A DNA stretch of 26,465 nt from an archaeon. GTDB taxonomy: Archaea > EX4484-52 > B79-G9. Shown piece by piece: positions 1 to 8,529 of this stretch. The DNA is taken from NCBI GenBank assembly GCA_043813875.1, contig JBDRKP010000001.1, forward strand, positions 1 to 26,465, written 5' to 3'. Below the pieces are notes generated by a model. The model was given only the letters and a program-made list of their open reading frames with translations. It had not been told where the DNA came from and ran no database searches. The translations under genes and the position numbers were made by a program. Every line of letters starts with the position of its first letter. Within the stretch, counting starts at the first letter, position 1.

Positions 1-1
1 T

Positions 2-97
2 ACTATCGACAGTACCCCACCTCTCAAGTTCGAGTTCATACCTGCTCTTGGTTGGAATCAGGAGCACATTCTCTGCTGCGATTTTTTTGTATGCCAT
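2..97 (-). CDS. 5' end of a gene running off the window (MAYKKIAAENVLLIPTKSRYELELERWGTVDS...); weak resemblance to the N-terminus of NADK2-type NAD kinases
   Basis: Manual translation. ATG at 97-95 is preceded by GGTG and the frame is open to the window edge. The product guess rests only on a hydrophobic strand followed by K-S-R-Y-E-x-E. Confidence 0.55.
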   Translation of the reverse strand, partial: MAYKKIAAENVLLIPTKSRYELELERWGTVDS

Positions 98-362
98 TAT
101 AGATACACCGGATTGAGTTTATTTCTGAAATAAAATCACTACAACACAATAATAAAAAGAAGAACCATTTTAAATCTTACGATATTTAAGATTTGAATCC
201 TCTCCAATCCTAAAAGTTTGGGATTCCTACCATGAGCAGACAATACCCTGAAACTCATTGAATATCAAACAGAAAAAACGTCTTTTTTCATGAAAAAGAG
301 AGCACTCACAATTCATACCCAATCCTAAAGGAGAGATTTCCTTTGAGCGAACATTTAAAATC

Positions 363-1841
363 TCAACCCAGAAATCTCCGGATCCACGCCGCCTTCGTGA
401 TGTTCTCCCGGAGCGCCTCACTCTGCTGCTTCGAAAAATCATCCATGATGATACCGGTAAACCTTCGATGATCCTCATCGACCTCAAAATCAGTGATCTT
501 CAGGGCACCCTCGATGGACTTCCTCAAGGGCGCAGGAATAAACTTCAGATTATCCTTGTTAAAATACCTCAAAGAATCACGCAAATCCTCATCAAAATGC
601 GCATACATCGACCGTACAGCCTCAAGATCATGAGAATCGAGAGCCGAAAGTCCCAGAATCTCCGGCGGTATCCCGAAAGAATACATCGCAGCCGCAAAAG
701 TTATGGCTCTTGGCAGATGCACATCGCCGGACTTGCGCGAATACCCGAAAAGCCCGATATGAAGCTTCCTCTTGCGCCTCGGCGGCACATGCTTCGCGAT
801 GGCATTGACCATCGGAGCCATGGCCTGTACCTCTTTCTGGTACCGCACTGACACCTTCTCGATTATCTCGACAAGCCTTTTCTCATCGACATATACAGGA
901 GACCCTTTCTTCGAATAGTTCAGGTCATATATGGCTTTCTTGACCACACCCTCATCATAATCATACTTGAAGGCAGACTGGATAGTATACGTCTGCACGC
1001 TCGGGTATCCCTTCATGCAATTCGCTATATTATCCGGCCTGAAATTGCCCCTGAAAGGCGCAGAACCCACCCCGATCATCACAGGAAGCTCAACAGACAG
1101 CAACTCATCAAGCCTGTGTATCCTCTGCAGCGCAACCTTCTCGATAAGCGTAGCCGCAAGCGACCCGTAATTGAGCGCAGGATCGCTCCTTGCAAGCCAC
1201 ACGCGCTGGTAATCATCGATCTTCTGCGACACGACGAACTTCTCGACAATCTTATCAGCCCCGAGCATCGCCTCCTTCGTCTCAAAAAGCGGCATCACTC
1301 TTATCTTCTCAGGAAAAAACCTGCCGATCCACTTCGAAAGAGGTATATCGCCATCAATCAGCGTCACATCCTGCTTGCCGGCCACAAACCGCTTGTAATA
1401 CTCAGCGATCCTTATAAGGCACTTCTCATCCGACACCATCGGGATGCTCACCTCAAAAAAAGGTGCGACATCATCATTATACAGGGCGTTCGAGATATCG
1501 AAACTGCGCGGGATCGACTCAAGCACCTCCAAAAGCAGCTTCGCCTCATTCTTCTCGACAGCCGGGTTCGGCGCCCGAAGCAGCATGAACACATCCCGTC
1601 CGAGCCTGTTCTCCATGAAATAGTCAGGATAGCGCGTAAGAAGCTTCTTTATGACAAAATTATCCACTTCCTTGCCCTCGCAATCCCAAAGCTGCTCTTT
1701 TGCCCGAAGATGCGAATAGACATGGAACGCCTCCTTTATCTCATCATCCCCGCCGATGACAGTATTGTCTGCAAAAAAAGGGCTGCTCACATTATCCGGG
1801 TGCTGTGTGCTCATACAGCGCGCAATATTATATTTCGTCAT
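363..1841 (-). CDS. ppcA: Archaeal-type phosphoenolpyruvate carboxylase
   Basis: 492 aa; MSTQHPDN, WDCEGKEVD, LARSDPALNYG, GVGSAPFRG and LPRAITF motifs of PpcA; GAGGT RBS overlaps the lysA stop. Confidence 0.95.
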   Translation of the reverse strand: MTKYNIARCMSTQHPDNVSSPFFADNTVIGGDDEIKEAFHVYSHLRAKEQLWDCEGKEVDNFVIKKLLTRYPDYFMENRLGRDVFMLLRAPNPAVEKNEAKLLLEVLESIPRSFDISNALYNDDVAPFFEVSIPMVSDEKCLIRIAEYYKRFVAGKQDVTLIDGDIPLSKWIGRFFPEKIRVMPLFETKEAMLGADKIVEKFVVSQKIDDYQRVWLARSDPALNYGSLAATLIEKVALQRIHRLDELLSVELPVMIGVGSAPFRGNFRPDNIANCMKGYPSVQTYTIQSAFKYDYDEGVVKKAIYDLNYSKKGSPVYVDEKRLVEIIEKVSVRYQKEVQAMAPMVNAIAKHVPPRRKRKLHIGLFGYSRKSGDVHLPRAITFAAAMYSFGIPPEILGLSALDSHDLEAVRSMYAHFDEDLRDSLRYFNKDNLKFIPAPLRKSIEGALKITDFEVDEDHRRFTGIIMDDFSKQQSEALRENITKAAWIRRFLG

Positions 1842-1844
1842 ACC

Positions 1845-3110
1845 TCACACCTGCCCGGCGAATCGCGTCTCGCGCACGACCCTGACTTTCTTTTTGTCCA
1901 CCATGACCTCAGCCGGCATCGGCCTCGAATTATAATTAGACGCCATGCTATAGCCGTAAGCGCCCGCATTAAGTATCGCAAGGATATCCTTTTCATCAGG
2001 GACAGGCAATTCACGCAGAGTCTCCTTGTTCTCATTGAACACATCCCCTGACTCGCAAAGGTTCCCTGCGACCATGAACTCCTTCTTATCAGGCGACTCG
2101 ACACGGTTACAGACGACCATCTCATGATAAGAGCCATAAAAAGATGGCCTCACAAGCGTATTGAACCCGCCGTTAACGCCGATCAAAGGAACATTCTTTT
2201 CCTCGACAGTATTTATCTCAAGCAGAAGCACGCCGGCATCCCCGACAATATACCTGCCGGGCTCAACAGCGATCTGAGCATCCTTAAGCTTAGATGCCGC
2301 AACCTTCTCTGAGATTCCGCGAGCATAATCATCCAGCGGAAATTCCCCGTGATCCTTCCTGTAAGGTATCCCGGGACCGCCGCCAAAATCGATGAACTGC
2401 AACTCAATCGACAACTTATCCTGTATCTTTGACGCCACATCGATAGTCCTGTCCACAGTCTTTAAGAACACAGGCACATCACGAGAGAGCCACCCGGACC
2501 CGATATGCTGATGCAGCCCTAAAAGATTGAAGCCCGCATCTTTGACCATCCGGGCAGCCTCGAATATCTTCGATTCAGGTATCCCGAACTTGACATACTT
2601 TCCGGCAGTGATCGTACGCCCGTGATGGCCTGCTCCCACTCCCGGGTTCCACCGGAGCGAGACATCAAGCTTCTCATCCGTCAATAAAGAAAGCCGCCTG
2701 ATCTGCGACAGGGAATCGATATTGATAAAGACATCCATCTCAAGCAACATCAAAAGATCCTCATCGCTTACGCTTGTTCCGGTAAACATGATCCTCTCGA
2801 CAGGAAACCCGGATTCAAGAGCGATCCTCGCCTCGTACGGCGAAACAGAATCAATATGCGCACCCTCATCCTTCAGCGCCTTCAGTATCTCGGGATTCGA
2901 ATTCGCCTTCATCGCATAATGTATCCTGAAATTATCTGTATGCGAAGCGAAAGCATCCCTGATGGCGCGGTAATTATCAAGGATCCTCTGCCTGTTATAC
3001 ACATAAAGCGGCGTACCATACTTCTTCGCAAGCTCGACAGCATCCATGCCGCCTATAGCAAGATGGCCGCTTTCATTTATTTCAAGATGCCCGTCCCTTT
3101 CCCACCACAT
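1845..3110 (-). CDS. lysA: Diaminopimelate decarboxylase
   Basis: 421 aa; YGTPLYVY, YAMKAN (PLP lysine), HQHIGS, DFGGG, EPGRYIV, GNLCESGD, GAYGYSMASNYN; adjacent to dapA and dapB. Confidence 0.93.
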   Translation of the reverse strand: MWWERDGHLEINESGHLAIGGMDAVELAKKYGTPLYVYNRQRILDNYRAIRDAFASHTDNFRIHYAMKANSNPEILKALKDEGAHIDSVSPYEARIALESGFPVERIMFTGTSVSDEDLLMLLEMDVFINIDSLSQIRRLSLLTDEKLDVSLRWNPGVGAGHHGRTITAGKYVKFGIPESKIFEAARMVKDAGFNLLGLHQHIGSGWLSRDVPVFLKTVDRTIDVASKIQDKLSIELQFIDFGGGPGIPYRKDHGEFPLDDYARGISEKVAASKLKDAQIAVEPGRYIVGDAGVLLLEINTVEEKNVPLIGVNGGFNTLVRPSFYGSYHEMVVCNRVESPDKKEFMVAGNLCESGDVFNENKETLRELPVPDEKDILAILNAGAYGYSMASNYNSRPMPAEVMVDKKKVRVVRETRFAGQV

Positions 3111-3114
3111 GGTC

Positions 3115-4023
3115 TCACTTTCCTATAAGTCCGAGCTCAAAAAGCACCTTATCGACCTGCTTCTTGGTATCATCAGTAACATCTATCAGGGGAAGTCTCG
3201 CCACGCCGACCGGTATCCCCATCCTCCTCAGCGCATAATGGACAGGCTGCGGGTTGGTCTCGATGAAAAGCACCCGATAGAGTTCCTTAAGCTTCAGATC
3301 TATCTTTTTGGCCTCATCGTACTTCCCTGCGCGCACAAGCCTGATTACCTCGCTCGTGCGCTTCGGATCCACATTTGCGGCGACAGAAATCCCGCCAGTC
3401 CCGCCTGCCTTGATAATATCAAGATTCAGGCCGTCATCACCCGAGACGACAGAGAACTCAAGATCCCTCGTGCCCTCGATTATTTTTTTGACCTGCTCCA
3501 TATTGCCCGACGCCTCCTTCACGGCGATTATATTCGAAAATTCCTTCGCAAGCCTGATAGTCGTTTCAGCCTCAATATTCTTGCATGTCCTTCCGGGAAC
3601 ATTATAGATGATTATATCTCCGTCAATAGCAGAAGCGACCTTGGCGTAATGCTGGTAAAGACCTTCCTGCATCGGCTTGTTCTGGTAAGGGCTGATCTGG
3701 AGATGCGTGTTTATGCCAAGATCCTCAATCTTCTTTGCCGCGCTGACAGCCTCCCGTGTGCAATTGGAGCCGTCACCGGCAATTATCCTCGTCTTCCCAT
3801 CGACATATTCAAGACAGTTCTCCATAAGCGCGACCTGCTCATCCCACGTCATGGAACTCGCATGCCCGGTGCACCCGGCAACGACAATCCCGTCGACACC
3901 GCCGCGCACCACATGATCGATCAGCTTATTCATCGCTTCCTGATTCACAGGATTATTAAGCCCGTCCCCGTCTTTCATTGGAGTGACAAGCGCAGGATAA
4001 CATCCGCCAAATATTTTTGCCAT
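3115..4023 (-). CDS. dapA: 4-hydroxy-tetrahydrodipicolinate synthase
   Basis: ALVTPM, GCTG, SPYQNKP, IYNVPGRT, VKEASG, SGDD and ETNPQPV motifs. Start moved to ATG 4023 (GGAGG RBS, 1 nt after the dapB stop) rather than 4047. Confidence 0.93.
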   Translation of the reverse strand: MAKIFGGCYPALVTPMKDGDGLNNPVNQEAMNKLIDHVVRGGVDGIVVAGCTGHASSMTWDEQVALMENCLEYVDGKTRIIAGDGSNCTREAVSAAKKIEDLGINTHLQISPYQNKPMQEGLYQHYAKVASAIDGDIIIYNVPGRTCKNIEAETTIRLAKEFSNIIAVKEASGNMEQVKKIIEGTRDLEFSVVSGDDGLNLDIIKAGGTGGISVAANVDPKRTSEVIRLVRAGKYDEAKKIDLKLKELYRVLFIETNPQPVHYALRRMGIPVGVARLPLIDVTDDTKKQVDKVLFELGLIGK

Positions 4024-4024
4024 T

Positions 4025-4789
4025 CTAATCGCCTCCGGTAATTTCATCTAACATATTCTCGAATATGTAAAATCCTTTTTTGCCCGCTATCCATTGGGCT
4101 GCCTGCAGGGCGCCGTCGGCAAATTCCTCCCTGCCGCGCGCAGTCTGCCTTATCTCGACATTGTTTGCCGGGGCATCAAACCCGACCACGTGGGTGCATG
4201 GAATAGAACCGCCCCTGACGCTTGCAAAATGCAGTTCATCCGGCTCAATCCTACGATTAAGGCGGTCAATCACAAGCTTCTTCTTGCGGTCGAAGTTCTT
4301 AAGAAGCACATCCCCTAACTTGATCGCTGTCCCTGAAGGGCTGTCAAGCTTCTGGTTATGATGCAGTTCATAGGCATAGATGTCATACTCCCTGAACCTG
4401 TTGAAAAGCCCTGCGGCATAGGCGCTTATGCGAAACATCAGGTTCACCCCTATCGAGAAATTCGACCCATAGACAAAACCGATACCTGAATCGCTCACGA
4501 TTTTCCTTACCTCTTTCTCCTTATCATACCATCCTGTAGTCCCCACGACAATATATTTCTTAAACTCCGCAAGCTTCTTTATATTGCCCATGATGACATC
4601 AGGGCGCGTGAAATCGATGCACACGTCAACGCCCTCCATGCTCTCCTTATTGATCTCCTTGTACATCTTGCCTTTCCTTTCAATGAAAGGATCAATTATC
4701 GCCTTCACATTGATTTTCCTATCCTCGGCAAGCTTCTCGATGATCTTGCCCATCTTCCCGTATCCTATTATCGCAATATTCAACGCCAT
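4025..4789 (-). CDS. dapB: 4-hydroxy-tetrahydrodipicolinate reductase
   Basis: 254 aa; IIGYGKMG, IDFT, VVGTTGW, NFSIGVN and ELHHNQKLDSPSGTA motifs; GGAGATGA RBS. Confidence 0.95.
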   Translation of the reverse strand: MALNIAIIGYGKMGKIIEKLAEDRKINVKAIIDPFIERKGKMYKEINKESMEGVDVCIDFTRPDVIMGNIKKLAEFKKYIVVGTTGWYDKEKEVRKIVSDSGIGFVYGSNFSIGVNLMFRISAYAAGLFNRFREYDIYAYELHHNQKLDSPSGTAIKLGDVLLKNFDRKKKLVIDRLNRRIEPDELHFASVRGGSIPCTHVVGFDAPANNVEIRQTARGREEFADGALQAAQWIAGKKGFYIFENMLDEITGGD

Positions 4790-5063
4790 ACTATCATCTC
4801 CTAAGATTTACAGACTGACAACTAATAAATATGTATCCGAAAAAAGAAACAGAATGAAAGAAACATGAGGAGAAGTTAAAAACAGAACTGAAAAAACTGA
4901 TTGACTCCTGCAGAATAAAATTTCCGACATTCACCCATGCAATCACTAACTGTTAATGGAAGCGCAATATTTATAAGTTTAATGACAATCGCGCCAAAAG
5001 AGAGAGACAATACAAAAACTGATAGATTTAAGCACTCCATGCGATGATAACATAATCCAAATA

Positions 5064-5071
5064 TTTATAAT
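5064..5071 (+). promoter_or_regulatory. Candidate TATA box for the radical SAM gene
   Basis: TTTATAAT about 45 nt upstream of the GTG; a second AATATTTATAA copy lies at 4966-4976. Confidence 0.4.
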
Positions 5072-5116
5072 GTTTCAATACAGATAAATCACCTTATATC
5101 AAAAAAGTGACAGGAA

Positions 5117-6079
5117 GTGATTATATTGCAACCCAAAAAAATAGATTTTGAGATGCTCCATGTTTTCGTCACAGACAGATGTAACATGCGATGCCCTCAT
5201 TGCTACGTCGACAGCACTGGACGATACACAGACGAGCTGACTACAGAAGAGATGACTGATTTATTTCAGGATTTAAACTCGATCAATTTTACTGACGGCA
5301 TCCATATCGAAGGAGGCGAGCCGTTTCTAAGAAAAGACCTCATCGATATCCTGACTGTCCTCAATGATCTCTCGAAAGTGACGATCGCAACCAACGGCAC
5401 CATCCCGTACAGACCCGAATTTGACGAGCTAAAAGGCATACAGAGAATCGGCTTCTCGGTAGAAGGCGTAACACAGGAAACGCATGCCAAGCTAAGGCCG
5501 AACAACCTCAAGAAGCTTCTTGACAATATGGTATCATTCCAGGACAACGGCTTCAGCATCCAGTCACGGACGACATTGACATCACAGAATTATGGCGAGA
5601 TAGAAGGTATTATCGCGAAAGATGCCGATAGAGGCATACCGATTGCCCGCTTCATGGCATTCACGCCTGTGGGGCGGGGGACCGAGAATCAACACCTCGA
5701 ACTTGACATGCAACAATACAGAAAATCAATAGAAAACTATATCCAGACTGTGAAAAAATACGGCGATAAAGTGATGATAAAATTATCGGTGCCGACACCC
5801 ATTGCAGAAAAACTGGACCTAAAAAACGCCGAAACAGTCGCAAGAATTGAGAGATCCATCTGCTATAAAGGATGCGATCAGGCTGCCATAGCTTCCAACG
5901 GTGATGTATTCCAATGCTATAACAATCTGGGCTATCCAAAAAATAAATACGGGAACATAAGAGACAAAAACTTCAGTGAAATAATATCATCAGATGATTT
6001 TGGCATTAAAACTCAGTGTCCTAATAAATCATGTGTCTCAAAAGAGAGAGGCTACACTCATCTCATCAACAAATCATAG
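5117..6079 (+). CDS. Radical SAM protein with C-terminal twitch/partial SPASM domain
   Basis: CNMRCPHC (CxxxCxxC), GGEP, TNGT, PVGRG; C-terminal CYKGC...NGDVFQC...GNI...CPNKSC; no N-terminal PqqD/RRE-sized extension. Confidence 0.9.
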   Translation: MIILQPKKIDFEMLHVFVTDRCNMRCPHCYVDSTGRYTDELTTEEMTDLFQDLNSINFTDGIHIEGGEPFLRKDLIDILTVLNDLSKVTIATNGTIPYRPEFDELKGIQRIGFSVEGVTQETHAKLRPNNLKKLLDNMVSFQDNGFSIQSRTTLTSQNYGEIEGIIAKDADRGIPIARFMAFTPVGRGTENQHLELDMQQYRKSIENYIQTVKKYGDKVMIKLSVPTPIAEKLDLKNAETVARIERSICYKGCDQAAIASNGDVFQCYNNLGYPKNKYGNIRDKNFSEIISSDDFGIKTQCPNKSCVSKERGYTHLINKS

Positions 6080-6139
6080 AAACGGTGAAGAACAGATATA
6101 AAAAAATCAATAATTCTAAAATCGACAAAAGCGAGATAT

Positions 6140-7093
6140 ATGAAATGCGATAATGTTTTAGATGCTATAGGGCACACTCCACTAGTCAAAATAAACAATT
6201 TCTTGCCAAAAAACAGCCCCGTCAACATATATTGCAAACTCGAATGGCTGAATCCTGGCGGCAGCGTAAAAGACAGGACTGCTCTCGGCCTTATTGAAAA
6301 AGCGGAAAGATACGGCACCTTGAAACCGGGAAGCACCATCGTCGAATCGACATCAGGAAATTTAGGCATTGCCCTCGCGATGGTTTGCGCAATCAAGAGA
6401 TACAGGTTCATATGCGTACTTGACCCAAAAACACCATCAAGCAACATCAATCTATTGAGATCGCTCGGAGCAGAGATAGACATCGTATCTGAAACCGACG
6501 AGACCGGAGGATATCAGAAACCAAGGATAAGAAGAGTCGAGGAGATTGTCAGTTCAACACCAGACTGCATAAATCTCGACCAATACAGCAACGCCGCCGC
6601 AAGAGAAGCGCATTACAGCTCAACCGGCCCGGAAATATATGACGACCTTGAAGGCAAAGTCGATGTCCTTGTAGGAGCCGTAAGCACAGGCGGCCATTTA
6701 TGCGGAACAGCGCAATACCTCAAAAAGAAGATACCAGGCATTACCGTCATCGGCGTGGAACCGGAAGGCTCAGCCATATTCGGTGGCGACCATCACCCCT
6801 ACAAACAGAACGGTACCGGCTTAAGCTTCAGGCCAAAAAACTACATGGCAGAATTCGTCGACATCGAAAAAAAAGTCAGGGACATAGATGCATTTACGAT
6901 GGCAAGACAACTCGCAAAAAAAGAAGGGCTTCTCGTAGGCGGCTCCTCGGGCGGGGTCTTTCATATCGCATTAGAGCATGCAGAAACCCTCAAAAAGAAG
7001 TCGAACATAGTAGTCCTATTTCCCGACGGCGCCACAAAATACGCAGACAACGTATTCTGTGATGAATGGATGAAAGAAAACGGATTCATCTAA
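6140..7093 (+). CDS. PLP-dependent cysteine-synthase-family enzyme, SbnA-like (2,3-diaminopropionate pathway subfamily)
   Basis: NPGGSVKDR (PLP lysine), ESTSGNLGIALA, CVLDPK, DETGGY..PRI, DQYSN, VSTGG and GSAIFGG. The GNLG, DxxGGY and VST features fit SbnA-type enzymes better than CysK. Confidence 0.85.
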   Translation: MKCDNVLDAIGHTPLVKINNFLPKNSPVNIYCKLEWLNPGGSVKDRTALGLIEKAERYGTLKPGSTIVESTSGNLGIALAMVCAIKRYRFICVLDPKTPSSNINLLRSLGAEIDIVSETDETGGYQKPRIRRVEEIVSSTPDCINLDQYSNAAAREAHYSSTGPEIYDDLEGKVDVLVGAVSTGGHLCGTAQYLKKKIPGITVIGVEPEGSAIFGGDHHPYKQNGTGLSFRPKNYMAEFVDIEKKVRDIDAFTMARQLAKKEGLLVGGSSGGVFHIALEHAETLKKKSNIVVLFPDGATKYADNVFCDEWMKENGFI

Positions 7094-7282
7094 TGAGTCA
7101 AAATCCGTCCATTCTCAAGAAAAATCCGCAGCCAAGTGCTTTCTGGAGAAATCGATATTCTTCTTGTCATGGAAACGACCATAGACGACTCAGACAGGGA
7201 CGAGATTGAAAACATGCTTCACACATACGGCATCTCTGCAGTGATTGTCCCGAACATGGCAAAACCGCGATGTCAAATCTAG
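7093..7282 (+). other. Cryptic small ORF or frameshifted gene remnant
   Basis: An ATG overlapping the upstream stop (TAATG) opens a 38-aa ORF (7093-7209). The +1 frame reads like protein (VLSGEIDILLVMETTIDDSDRDEIENMLHTYGISAVIVPNMAKPRCQI; GTG 7136, TAG 7280-7282). Confidence 0.4.
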
Positions 7283-7371
7283 AGTATCAAGAAAAACACG
7301 GAACATAAAACATATATATAAATTTGCCTCGAATATAACTCCACCATATTTTTGAATCACTTTTGTGACGT

Positions 7372-8529
7372 GTGAGTATCGTGTTGATAAAGAGCGATGA
7401 CGGCAAAAAAAGAAAAGCAGTATTTATAGGCGCAGGAAACGTCGGTTCTTCATTGAGAAAGAAAGTATATCAAAATAGCGACAGGCTGGGCCTTGAGCCA
7501 TATGCAACCATCAGAAGAAGCGGCGCATCATATTGCATAGATGATAGCTCAACAACATGGAATAGTGTCCTCAACGAACTGAACACAGGAAACGTCGTCT
7601 TTATCGCAACGCCATCCGACGGTTCCGCCATACCGTACATTGAAGAGGCTCTCAATAAAGGAATATACGTCGTATCATGCGAAAAAGCAGCCGCAGCATC
7701 CAAATATCCTATGCTTGCACCTCACATTGACATTCTATACAAAGACAATGCAAACGTAGGTGGAGACACAGGACTGAAACCAGCAACAAAAGAACTTATA
7801 AACACACAAGGTTTATTTGCCGGATACGACAGGATAGTATACATCCTCAACGGCACGATGGGCCACATACTCAAAAGAATCCCTGAGATAAAGAAAGAGA
7901 TTTATGATTCACTTCAAGAAGCAGAAGAAAAGGACATCATAGCCGAGACAATCAAAACCGCTTTCCAGGAGGTCTGTGATCTTGGTTACGCAGAACCGGG
8001 AAAAGAGTCGCCTCTGGAAATCCTGGAAGAAGAGATTTACGGAGACATCATTAGAAAAGCAGCAATAATGACAAACCATATAGAACACCACATATCCCCT
8101 TTCAACATACCGAACAACTCGCCACAAGATATCAGACACATGGAAAACGTCAATCCACAAAGCATCCTTGATTATATAGCCAAGCTGACAGACAAAAACA
8201 CCAAACTGGTAACAGTCATAAAACAAATCAACGGGCAAGACTTAACAGATTACAAGATAGCAGAATACATAAGAAATGAATTTGCAGTAGAGATAGGATT
8301 TATGGAAAATACTTCAGGCGACCTCGCCATGATTGAAGGCGTACTGAACGGCGCAGTAATCGGAAGAAACGGCACTTACATAAATATCGTGGAACCGAAA
8401 CCTGGCGCCGGAGCAGAAGCAACATCATACCGGATGCTAAAAGACTACTCTGAACTTATTTCAAAAGAGAAAACAATAATAGAAACATATATTGTCCGAC
8501 CGGAAGAGAGAGTACATCAAAGCGCTTGA
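7372..8529 (+). CDS. hom: Divergent homoserine dehydrogenase-like protein (no ACT domain evident)
   Basis: GAGNVG Rossmann motif, ALNKGIYVVSCEK, ANVGG, ILNGT, GYAEP, DIIRKAAI and PGAGAEAT are collinear with HSD motifs; own TATA-like TATATAAA at about 7316-7323. Start codon uncertain. Confidence 0.75.
   Translation: MSIVLIKSDDGKKRKAVFIGAGNVGSSLRKKVYQNSDRLGLEPYATIRRSGASYCIDDSSTTWNSVLNELNTGNVVFIATPSDGSAIPYIEEALNKGIYVVSCEKAAAASKYPMLAPHIDILYKDNANVGGDTGLKPATKELINTQGLFAGYDRIVYILNGTMGHILKRIPEIKKEIYDSLQEAEEKDIIAETIKTAFQEVCDLGYAEPGKESPLEILEEEIYGDIIRKAAIMTNHIEHHISPFNIPNNSPQDIRHMENVNPQSILDYIAKLTDKNTKLVTVIKQINGQDLTDYKIAEYIRNEFAVEIGFMENTSGDLAMIEGVLNGAVIGRNGTYINIVEPKPGAGAEATSYRMLKDYSELISKEKTIIETYIVRPEERVHQSA

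Noticed and set aside
227..487. 86-aa minus-strand ORF overlapping the ppcA end; CCAATCCTAAA repeated at 204-214 and 319-329
   Set aside because: Out-of-frame overlap with no protein-like features; two 11-bp copies do not define an array or element.
1116..2051. 311-aa plus-strand ORF, and similar 3046-4041, 9904-10674, 14101-14649, 24427-24990 and 25381-25926
   Set aside because: Antisense shadows of well-supported genes; no motifs, and explained by codon bias.
4831..5047. Short plus-strand frames upstream of the rSAM (MYPKKETE*KKHEEKLKTELKKLIDSCRIKFPTFTHAITNC; MTIAPKERDNTKTDRFKHSMR) as RiPP precursors
   Set aside because: No RBS, one has an internal TGA, and neither has leader/core features; at most a gene remnant.
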